From NCBI GenBank assembly GCA_041548245.1, contig JBFESZ010000052.1, positions 1 through 13,568 of the forward strand: a DNA stretch of 13,568 bases, in the 5' to 3' direction. The DNA comes from Sulfurimonadaceae bacterium. Its GTDB lineage: Bacteria > Campylobacterota > Campylobacteria > Campylobacterales > Sulfurimonadaceae. A model generated the notes under the pieces. It searched no databases. It was given only the letters and a program-made list of their open reading frames with translations, and was not told the DNA's origin. This document shows positions 6,381 through 13,568 of this stretch, in pieces. A program made the position numbers and the translations under genes. The number at the start of each line of letters is the position of its first letter. Within the stretch, counting starts at the first letter, position 1.

Positions 6381-7718
6381 ATGAAGTTATTCGGTACCGA
6401 TGGGGTTCGCGGTCAAGCAGGTGGTTTTTTGAATGCGACCAAGGCGATGAACGTTGCCATTGCCGCAGGAATATATTTTAAACAACATGCAAAGACAAAA
6501 AAGATCCTTGTCGGGAAAGATACACGACGTAGTGGCTACATGATCGAGAATGCCATCGTCAGCGGGTTGACTGCCATTGGATATGATGTGGTACAGATTG
6601 GACCCATGCCTACACCGGCAATCGCTTTTTTGACAGAGAACATGAGATGTGATGCCGGGATCATGATCTCAGCATCACATAATGCTTATGAGGACAATGG
6701 AATAAAGTTCTTCGATGCGCATGGTGACAAACTCTCTGCGGAGATCGAAGCGGAGATCGAAGCTATTTATAATAACAAGGTATTGATGACAACGTCTTGT
6801 GCTGTTGGAAAAGAGATCGGCTCCGCTAAACGTATCGATGATGTGATAGGACGTTATATCGTACAACTTAAAAACTCTTTTCCTCAAGAACTTACACTTC
6901 AAGGTATGCGTATTGTCCTGGATACGGCTAATGGAGCAGGTTACAAGGTCGGCCCGACTGTATTGGAAGAACTGGGTGCCGATGTCATCGTTATTCACAA
7001 TAAGCCGGACGGTTTTAATATCAACGAGGATTGTGGCGCTTTGCATACCAAGGACCTTTCTCAGGCTGTTGTAAAGTACAGGGCGGATATAGGGATTGCC
7101 CTGGACGGTGATGCAGACCGGCTTGTCGTAGTTGATGAGAAGGGGTTGGTTGTCGATGGTGACCATCTGCTTGGGGCTATAGGCTTGGCACTTCATAATA
7201 AAGGCACACTAAAAGGAGGCGGCATTGTTACTACGGTCATGAGCAACCTTGGTCTTGAAGAATATATCAAAGAGAATGGTTTACAACTTTTCCGTTCAGA
7301 CGTTGGCGATAAGAATGTCTTAGAGGTCATGAAGGAAAAAGGCATCAATTTCGGAGGAGAGCAGAGCGGACATGTCATTCTTCATGACTTTGCTAAAACC
7401 GGTGACGGGTTGATGTCAGCCCTGCAGATACTGGCTATTGTTCTGGAGTCAGGAAAGAAAGCATCTGAAGTCCTTCGTCCTTTTGCCTTGTATCCTCAGC
7501 AACTAAGAAATATGAATATCAAAGAGAAAAAACCTTTGGAACAGATAGAGGGGTTAAAAGAACAGCTTGAGAGTGTAGAGAAGCTTAACATGCGACATCT
7601 TATCCGTTATTCGGGAACAGAGAATAAACTTCGTATTCTCCTTGAAGGCAAAGATGCTAAAGTCCTCGATACAAAGATGAACGAATTGGAAGAATTTTTT
7701 GGAAAAGAACTCGCTTAA
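6381..7718 (+). CDS. glmM: Phosphoglucosamine mutase
   Basis: [18 protein letters not shown], catalytic SASHN, metal-binding DGDADR, GGEQSGH and RYSGTE. Confidence 0.97.
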   Translation: MKLFGTDGVRGQAGGFLNATKAMNVAIAAGIYFKQHAKTKKILVGKDTRRSGYMIENAIVSGLTAIGYDVVQIGPMPTPAIAFLTENMRCDAGIMISASHNAYEDNGIKFFDAHGDKLSAEIEAEIEAIYNNKVLMTTSCAVGKEIGSAKRIDDVIGRYIVQLKNSFPQELTLQGMRIVLDTANGAGYKVGPTVLEELGADVIVIHNKPDGFNINEDCGALHTKDLSQAVVKYRADIGIALDGDADRLVVVDEKGLVVDGDHLLGAIGLALHNKGTLKGGGIVTTVMSNLGLEEYIKENGLQLFRSDVGDKNVLEVMKEKGINFGGEQSGHVILHDFAKTGDGLMSALQILAIVLESGKKASEVLRPFALYPQQLRNMNIKEKKPLEQIEGLKEQLESVEKLNMRHLIRYSGTENKLRILLEGKDAKVLDTKMNELEEFFGKELA

Positions 7719-8187
7719 GAACCTGTTATACCTTTCATGGCCTATGCTGCTTGCTATGGCTGGTGTCTTTATCATCGATCAAAACATCAAACAACTTTTT
7801 TTGGACGGATTTCGTTATTACACGGAGTGCATCGATCTGATACTTGTCTTTAATAAGGGTGTCGCCTTTTCTATGTTGGCTTTTTTGAGAGAGTGGTTGA
7901 AATGGATACAGTTGCTATTGCTTTTAGGGGTATTGCTTTATACGATCTATCTCAACAATAGGGTTTACTCGGTGCCGGTAGGTATCCTCATAGGAGGCGG
8001 TTTCTCAAATGTGTATGACCGTTTTATCCATGGAGGTGTTGTCGATATGGTCTATTGGCATTGCGGGTTTGATTTTGCTGTCTTTAACTTTGCCGATGCA
8101 ATGATCGATCTGGCAGTGCTCTGGTTACTCTGGATTAATTGGAAGAATGGACGGGAAGAAAAAAAGCTTAGGATAGAAAAATCCTGA
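7699..8187 (+). CDS. lspA: Lipoprotein signal peptidase II
   Basis: DQ..K, NKGVAFS, GG.SN.YDR, catalytic Asp motifs GGVVD and FAVFNFAD, four hydrophobic segments. TTG start overlapping glmM is uncertain; an alternative ATG lies at 7744. Confidence 0.93.
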   Translation: MEKNSLKNLLYLSWPMLLAMAGVFIIDQNIKQLFLDGFRYYTECIDLILVFNKGVAFSMLAFLREWLKWIQLLLLLGVLLYTIYLNNRVYSVPVGILIGGGFSNVYDRFIHGGVVDMVYWHCGFDFAVFNFADAMIDLAVLWLLWINWKNGREEKKLRIEKS

Positions 8188-8208
8188 TTTTAGAGAAGAT
8201 AAGGCGCC

Positions 8209-8628
8209 TTATCTAAAAAGCTCACATGTATCATAATCACTGATACATTCAAACTCTCCGTTAGCAGAGTTATACTCGAAATCTACACTCTTTCCAGGTG
8301 CATAAGTATAGGAATAGCTGTTTTGTATTTTCTTTTGCCAGCCTTGGGTACTTGGAAGAATGGGTGTGATGAGCACATTGTCAAAGAGATGACTTGGATC
8401 TTTGGTAAGAAGCTCAGGATAAGGGGCTTTGCCACTAAAGGAGTTGCGTTTGGCATCGCGACTGATGCCAGAGCGGATAGCATCGATATCGGAACGGGCT
8501 TTATAGACGGCCTCTTGAAGCTCAGGTTCAATGTATGGCCCGATAGCGAACTCTTTAGGTTTTGAAAAGAATTCATTGTAGGCACTGTAGGCTGCGAAGA
8601 TGACTATGGCTAGGGCGATAAAGCGCAT
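8209..8628 (-). CDS. Membrane-anchored protein with a pseudopilin-like C-terminal domain
   Basis: N-terminal hydrophobic helix. KARSDIDAIRSGI helix, LF..VL..PI, GW, F.YN...G.F.C......C..L resemble Campylobacterota prepilin-type proteins from memory. Starts 12 nt after the aroC stop, with an AGGAAGG SD. Confidence 0.6.
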   Translation of the reverse strand: MRFIALAIVIFAAYSAYNEFFSKPKEFAIGPYIEPELQEAVYKARSDIDAIRSGISRDAKRNSFSGKAPYPELLTKDPSHLFDNVLITPILPSTQGWQKKIQNSYSYTYAPGKSVDFEYNSANGEFECISDYDTCELFR

Positions 8629-8640
8629 GAGAGCCTTCCT

Positions 8641-9714
8641 TTAGTTGTAATAGTTTTTTAGTCCATCCATTTTTCTTCCCATGTTTAGAAGCAGCATGTC
8701 AGCGATGACAATAGCTGCCATCGATTCGGCCACTACTGAACCGCGAATAGCAACACACGGGTCATGTCGTCCTTTGAGTGAGAAGTGCTGTTCCGTATTA
8801 TGGGTATCGATGGTCTCCTGTTCGATAAAGATCGAAGGCGTTGGTTTAAAATAGACAGAGACATCGATCTCTTCACCATTTGAAATACCACCTAGGATAC
8901 CGCCGGAATGATTCGATTTAAATCCTTCTTTGCGGATAGGATCGTTATTGGTTGACCCTGTCGTACGGCATGAGTTAATCCCGTCACCGATCTCTACAGC
9001 TTTAACAGCATTAATGCCCATCATGGCATCGGCCAATACAGCGTCAAGCTTGTAATAAAGTGGTTCACCAAGCCCTACGGGTACGCCTGTTATCTTAATG
9101 AGCGCTGCTCCACCAACGGAGTCATGGCGCGTTTTTGCCTCAAGAATAGCTGCTTTTTGCGCATCTTCCGCACTCTTGTCCAGGGTGTAGATCTCACTGG
9201 AGGCAACATAGTCGAAATCAAGGGTCTTGCTTCTTATGCCGGCAATCTCAATAATCCCGCTTTTAACCTCGATCCCAAGTTCCTTTATCATCAACTTTGC
9301 GATGGCACCAGCAGCGACTCTGGCCGCAGTTTCTCGTGCAGAAGAGCGCCCGCCACCACGATAGTCACGGAGGCCATATTTATGCCAGTAGGTGAAATCT
9401 GCATGTCCGGGACGGAAGATGTCCTTGATATTAGAGTAGTCTTTGGACTTTTGGTTAGTGTTGTAGATAACCATAGCAATAGGGGTCCCCGTGCTTAGCC
9501 CTTCAAAAGTACCCGATAGTATCTCTACCTTGTCCGCCTCTTTTCGTGCGGTTGCAAATTCGTTCTGTCCGGGTTTTCTTCGATCAAGCTCTGCCTGTAT
9601 GAAGGTTTCGTCTATCTTAAGGCCTGCTGGGACACCATCTACAATACAGCCTATGCCTGCACCATGTGACTCTCCGAATGTAGAGAATGAGAAGCGGATT
9701 CCAAATTTATTCAT
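8641..9714 (-). CDS. aroC: Chorismate synthase
   Basis: TFGESHG, RPGHAD, GGGRSSARET, SNHSGGILGGISNG, FKPTPSI and GRHDPC. ATGA overlap with rnc. Confidence 0.98.
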   Translation of the reverse strand: MNKFGIRFSFSTFGESHGAGIGCIVDGVPAGLKIDETFIQAELDRRKPGQNEFATARKEADKVEILSGTFEGLSTGTPIAMVIYNTNQKSKDYSNIKDIFRPGHADFTYWHKYGLRDYRGGGRSSARETAARVAAGAIAKLMIKELGIEVKSGIIEIAGIRSKTLDFDYVASSEIYTLDKSAEDAQKAAILEAKTRHDSVGGAALIKITGVPVGLGEPLYYKLDAVLADAMMGINAVKAVEIGDGINSCRTTGSTNNDPIRKEGFKSNHSGGILGGISNGEEIDVSVYFKPTPSIFIEQETIDTHNTEQHFSLKGRHDPCVAIRGSVVAESMAAIVIADMLLLNMGRKMDGLKNYYN

Positions 9715-10391
9715 TTGGTCTCTCCTTTTAGTTTTTCTAATGCGATATAGGCGGCTTCCTGCTGAGCCACTTTTTTACTCTTTCCTTTGGCGGTAGCGTA
9801 CTCTTTGTCCTGAATAAAAACAGAAATCTCAAACTCTTTTTTATGATCAGGTCCTGATGTCCCTACAAGGCGATAGTCAGGAGTGACACCAAACTCCGCC
9901 TGCGTTAGCTCCTGAAGGGTAGTCTTGAAGTCTTTAAAGAGCGTTGACATATCGATGACCGGATAAACTTCATCAAGATACCTGTGCATAAGAGCCTCAA
10001 CATGAGAAAGCCCTACCTGAAGGTAGATGGCACCCATGACAGCTTCAAAGGCATTGGAGAGCAAAGAGGGCTTATGCCTTCCATTATTGTTCTCTTCTGC
10101 ATTAGACAAAAGGATAAAGTCACCCAGGTTGATATGCTCAGCCAAGCGTGTGAATCCTTCTTCATTTACTAAAGAAGCACGCATCTTAGAGAGTTTTCCC
10201 TCATCAAAGTTTGGGAACTTGGCAAAAAGGTATTCTCCTACTACCAGGTCCAACACGGCATCACCAAGAAACTCCAATCGCTCATTATTGTAGGGCTGCT
10301 TATAGCTTTTATGCGTCAGCGCTTCAATAAGGAGCTGTGGATCTTCAAAGTGATAATCTAGAGACTTTTCTAGTTCATCGATGTTTTTCAC
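9711..10391 (-). CDS. rnc: Ribonuclease III
   Basis: ALTHKS, signature NERLEFLGDAVL, C-terminal dsRBD (DFKTTLQE...GPDHKKEF...GKSKK.AQQEAA). GTG start with AAGGA SD. Confidence 0.98.
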   Translation of the reverse strand: MKNIDELEKSLDYHFEDPQLLIEALTHKSYKQPYNNERLEFLGDAVLDLVVGEYLFAKFPNFDEGKLSKMRASLVNEEGFTRLAEHINLGDFILLSNAEENNNGRHKPSLLSNAFEAVMGAIYLQVGLSHVEALMHRYLDEVYPVIDMSTLFKDFKTTLQELTQAEFGVTPDYRLVGTSGPDHKKEFEISVFIQDKEYATAKGKSKKVAQQEAAYIALEKLKGETK

Positions 10392-10430
10392 AACGTATTC
10401 CTTCTCAATAATATCTATAAGGCCGTACCG

Positions 10431-10865
10431 CTACCGCGAAACTTCTGCCTTGAATGTTTCTGCTGTGGCTCTCGCGAGATCATCGCAGCGTTCATTCTCT
10501 TCATGTCCGTCATGCCCTCTGACCCAGATCGCATGAATCTGATGAGGTTTTGATACCTCAATATACTCTTTCCACAGATCAACGTTTTTGACTTTCTTGA
10601 AGTCTTTTTTGACCCAACCTTCAAGCCATTCATTTATGCCCTTGACGACATAGGATGAATCAGAGGTTATCTCAACGATACAAGGTTCTTTAAGGGCCCG
10701 AAGCCCTTCTATCACACCCCGAAGCTCCATACGGTTATTGGTCGTGTGGGCGTCACCGCCTGTCAACTCTTTTTCAAAGTTCTTATAGCGAATAATCGTA
10801 CCATAGCCTCCCGGACCGGGATTTCCCAAGGCACTTCCATCACTGAAAAGATAGATTTGTTTCAA
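10431..10865 (-). CDS. rnhA: Ribonuclease HI
   Basis: SDGS..GNPGPGG, TTNNRMEL, SDSSYV, VKNVDLW, WVRGH.GH.ENERCD, with all catalytic acidic residues present. TTG start overlaps the upstream gene by 26 nt. Confidence 0.97.
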   Translation of the reverse strand: MKQIYLFSDGSALGNPGPGGYGTIIRYKNFEKELTGGDAHTTNNRMELRGVIEGLRALKEPCIVEITSDSSYVVKGINEWLEGWVKKDFKKVKNVDLWKEYIEVSKPHQIHAIWVRGHDGHEENERCDDLARATAETFKAEVSR

Positions 10866-11883
10866 AGGCAGCCTTCGTCAGGAGCATCTCGTTCTGCACA
10901 GTATCGATAGCATGACAATTTGGACAGCGGTGAAATGAAAACGGGAAGACCTGTTTACATTCATTACACAGATATTCAAACTGTAAGTCGGCATCATGAT
11001 ACCCTTGGGCTCGCAAGTGAATCAAAACATCAAGCTCAAAGATAGAACTGTTTTGTGCAGAGTCAATAAGCCCTTTAGCACTGTAAAGTTCACGCAGATA
11101 AGCGTTAGATGAAATTATATCCAAATCGAGTTGATGAGACTCTAAAGTCCACAAGACACTTGAAATACGTTCACATAGGGACTGGTCGAGATGTGCCCAT
11201 GCCAGTTTCGGGTTTTGCTTGAAAAGATATTCAAAGATCATATATCCAAGCTGATTGTTTTCTTCGTACCATTTTATGATCTTGCGTATTTTCTCTTCGG
11301 AGTGCATCGTCGGATCATACTGCATGGCGACGAGATTAAGGTACATCGCATCCTTGGCTATCTCCATATCCATCTCATCCAGAGGCTCCAGCACCTCTTT
11401 TGCCTTCTCAAAGTCACGCATCTTTTCATAGATGATCAGAAGAAACTGCAAAGCAGAAGGAGTACGCGGATGATGCGCAAGGATCTCTAAAAAAAGTTCT
11501 TTTGAGCGTTGTAAAAAGCCGGCTTTCAGATAGGCCTGTCCCAATAGGAACATTGTCTCTTTCCGCTCTTCTACCGAGATGTTTTTTTCCAATACAGAGT
11601 TGTAGATCTCTATACTTTTTTCATAATCACCATTTTGTATATAATTGGTTGCGAGCAGGTATAAAGACTTCGTTGAGAGATTGCTTATGTGCAGGATCTC
11701 TTCAAGCTCTTTTCCTGTGGGTAGGGAGTGAAATGTTTTAACAAATTTGTCTAGACTGCGTTCATCTTCCTTGGTCTTGTACCTTCCCCACCAATAAGAG
11801 AAAAAAGTGATTATGAAGATCAATGTAAAAAAAAGAATGATCCCGAAAAGGGGATCTTTATACTCAATAAATAAACCTTCCAC
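10840..11883 (-). CDS. TPR-repeat membrane protein with a C-terminal rubredoxin-like CxxC..CxxC domain (LapB/YciM-like)
   Basis: N-terminal TM helix, TPR-like helices (LGQAYLKAGFLQRSKELF), C-terminal YLCNEC...FHRCPNC. Same architecture as LPS assembly regulator LapB. GTG start with AAAGGA SD. Confidence 0.75.
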   Translation of the reverse strand: MEGLFIEYKDPLFGIILFFTLIFIITFFSYWWGRYKTKEDERSLDKFVKTFHSLPTGKELEEILHISNLSTKSLYLLATNYIQNGDYEKSIEIYNSVLEKNISVEERKETMFLLGQAYLKAGFLQRSKELFLEILAHHPRTPSALQFLLIIYEKMRDFEKAKEVLEPLDEMDMEIAKDAMYLNLVAMQYDPTMHSEEKIRKIIKWYEENNQLGYMIFEYLFKQNPKLAWAHLDQSLCERISSVLWTLESHQLDLDIISSNAYLRELYSAKGLIDSAQNSSIFELDVLIHLRAQGYHDADLQFEYLCNECKQVFPFSFHRCPNCHAIDTVQNEMLLTKAAFETNLSFQ

Positions 11884-11912
11884 TCGCTTCCTTTAGTGAT
11901 CTATGGTCAAAA

Positions 11913-11918
11913 ATTATA
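11913..11918 (-). promoter_or_regulatory. -10 box for the lapB-like-rnhA-rnc-aroC operon
   Basis: GC-TATAAT on the minus strand, 29 nt upstream of GTG 11883. Confidence 0.55.
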
Positions 11919-12027
11919 GCTAAAATAAGTGATGGTTTAAATTAGATGACAAACTATGATTAAATCTATTTTTTTAATGAGAATGAGAGTATAGTAATTG
12001 TAAAATTGTGATACATAAGTGATATTT

Positions 12028-12039
12028 TATAATTATAAT
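12028..12039 (+). promoter_or_regulatory. Tandem TATAAT -10 boxes upstream of ccoG
   Basis: TATAAT-TATAAT at 12028-12039, 36 nt upstream of ATG 12076. Confidence 0.45.
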
Positions 12040-12075
12040 AACACTGGATTATACAATAAAAATGAGGATATTTTC

Positions 12076-13512
12076 ATGTCAGCATCAACTGAAAAAGTCA
12101 AGGCTTCGGAATATCTAAAAGGATGGATTCCTTTACGATATATGCGTTATGCAGTCTTTATTTTTGCGACAGCTTTTACACTGATCATACCTTGGGTTAC
12201 GGTTGACGGGAACCATTTTTTTCTACTGAGTTTTATAGACTTCAAACTTCATTTTTTCTTTGTCTCTTTTGACATGCAAGAGCTCTATCTGTTGCCATTT
12301 TTACTGATGATACTTTTTATCGGTGTCTTTGGCGTCACGGTTTTAGGAGGAAGGATGTTCTGCGGGTGGTTCTGTCCGCAAACCATCTTTCGTGCTGCGT
12401 TCAGAGACCTTATAGAAACAAAGATATTCAGATTACGCAAGCGCATCAAGAACAAGCAGAAAGAACCTGATTACTCTACGACAATCAATAAGTTCAAGCG
12501 CGTCGTTATATGGATATTATCTACAGTATTGGCTGCATTGGCAGCAGCAGATGCCTTATGGTTCTTTATCCCGCCCGAACAGTTTTTTGACTATGCGCTT
12601 AATATAACAGATCACCCTGTGTTCATGGGAGCATGGATCGGAATCACTGTCTTTTTGGTCTATGACATCGTCTTCTTGCAAGAGAACTTCTGTATCTATG
12701 TCTGTCCCTATTCACGTATTCAGTCTGTACTGTATGATGACGATACCATCATGGCTATCTATGATAGTAAACGCGGGGGACGTATCTATGATGAAGAGCA
12801 TACCAAGCTTGTAGATAAGCAGAGCCAGCTGGCGGATAATGACCTGTGTACGACATGTGAGTCTTGTGTCACGGTATGTCCGACCCATATTGACATTCGT
12901 AAAGGTCTGCAGCTTGAGTGTATCAATTGTCTGGAGTGTGTGGATGCCTGTACGGAGGTAATGGCCCAGTTCAATGAACCGAGCCTCGTGAACTGGTCAA
13001 GTGTACGTGAGATTGAGAAGAAAGAGGGTAAAACACGTTTCTTTAGACCTAAGATATTGGGTTATCTCGGTGTATTGTCGGCAATTTTTATCATTTTGAT
13101 GATGATGGGTATGGATAAAGAGCTGATGCTGATCAACATCAATAAGCAGACCCGTTTGTATAATATCGAGAAGGTCGATGGCAAACCGTTGGTTAAAAAT
13201 GCATACACGGTTCTGATTCAGAACACCCAAAACGAAGCGCATGACTATTATATAGAAGTCTTGAACAACGACAAGATTAAAATTGAGCAGCCTTCGCACC
13301 CTTTCACGGTCCAGCCCGGCATCAAGACAAAAAAGACGCTGGTACTTTATACGACGGAGCAACTTGCCAATGATGAACGACACGACAGTATTCTGGAAGT
13401 CATGGTTAGGGCTTATGCCGTTGATGCGAATGATACGATCAGCGTTGAAAGGGATATCCGCTTTACCTATCCAAAAGCAGACATTATCCGCAAGAAGATG
13501 CAAAGGGATTGA
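12076..13512 (+). CDS. ccoG: Cytochrome c oxidase (cbb3) accessory polyferredoxin CcoG/FixG/RdxA family
   Basis: GRMFCGWFCPQTIF, ENFCIYVCPYSRIQ, two 4Fe-4S motifs (CTTCESCVTVCP, CINCLECVDAC), multiple TMs and a C-terminal FixG Ig-like part (N.YT..IQN). Start moved to ATG 12076 (GAGGA SD); the track start at 12019 overlaps the promoter. Confidence 0.93.
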   Translation: MSASTEKVKASEYLKGWIPLRYMRYAVFIFATAFTLIIPWVTVDGNHFFLLSFIDFKLHFFFVSFDMQELYLLPFLLMILFIGVFGVTVLGGRMFCGWFCPQTIFRAAFRDLIETKIFRLRKRIKNKQKEPDYSTTINKFKRVVIWILSTVLAALAAADALWFFIPPEQFFDYALNITDHPVFMGAWIGITVFLVYDIVFLQENFCIYVCPYSRIQSVLYDDDTIMAIYDSKRGGRIYDEEHTKLVDKQSQLADNDLCTTCESCVTVCPTHIDIRKGLQLECINCLECVDACTEVMAQFNEPSLVNWSSVREIEKKEGKTRFFRPKILGYLGVLSAIFIILMMMGMDKELMLININKQTRLYNIEKVDGKPLVKNAYTVLIQNTQNEAHDYYIEVLNNDKIKIEQPSHPFTVQPGIKTKKTLVLYTTEQLANDERHDSILEVMVRAYAVDANDTISVERDIRFTYPKADIIRKKMQRD

Positions 13513-13520
13513 TTTTCCTA

Positions 13521-13552
13521 GAACGACTTTGAAGATTTAGAGTCGCTCTTTT
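13521..13552 (+). terminator. Probable intrinsic terminator after ccoG
   Basis: CGACUUUGA / UUAGAGUCG stem with G-U pairs, extended by GA/UC and followed by UUUU. Confidence 0.5.
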
Positions 13553-13568
13553 AGTGCTTGTAGCGCAT

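Noticed and set aside
6738..6763. Perfect 12-bp tandem repeat GCGGAGATCGAA x2 in glmM
   Set aside because: In frame, encoding AEIEAEIEA in a helix of apparently normal GlmM length; no sign of an insertion or contingency locus.
12019..12075. N-terminal extension of CcoG from GTG 12019 (likewise track starts 3552 and 4616)
   Set aside because: These starts overlap or sit right beside -10 boxes and lack an SD; the downstream ATGs have good SD sequences.
541..13540. Alternative-frame and antisense ORFs in the track (e.g. 541-729, 1420-1833, 4613-4918, 6675-7196, 9124-9498, 12997-13503)
   Set aside because: They lie wholly or mostly within well-supported genes and have no recognisable motifs; treated as shadow ORFs.
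13551..13568. Possible 3' end of a convergent minus-strand gene (...MRYKH-stop)
   Set aside because: Only six codons are visible, too little to support a call.
1..13568. CRISPR array, tRNA/rRNA, IS or prophage genes, poly-G/C phase-variation tracts
   Set aside because: No regularly spaced repeats, cloverleafs, transposase/integrase motifs or long G/C homopolymers seen; the A/T runs are ordinary for this composition.

Overview
Core-chromosome segment of a sulfur-oxidising Campylobacterota bacterium (Sulfurimonas/Sulfurovum-like; inferred from gene content, gene order and promoter style). The left end (minus strand) holds soxC-soxD and the 5' part of soxY. A structured ~375-bp intergenic region upstream of soxC contains a long hairpin, a Cys/His-rich 35-codon uORF candidate and repeated motifs. 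Next come a RelE/ParE-like toxin-antitoxin-type pair, an unknown lipoprotein and a secreted SH3b-like protein. The rest is housekeeping: rpsT-prfA (with a ~125-nt rod-like RNA structure between them), divergent glmM-lspA, a minus-strand operon (LapB-like TPR protein, rnhA, rnc, aroC, pseudopilin-head-like protein) and a divergent ccoG-type polyferredoxin. I saw no rRNA, tRNA, CRISPR array or transposase. The most interesting unexplained signals are non-coding: the soxC leader and the rpsT-prfA spacer. All structures were paired by eye, not computed.
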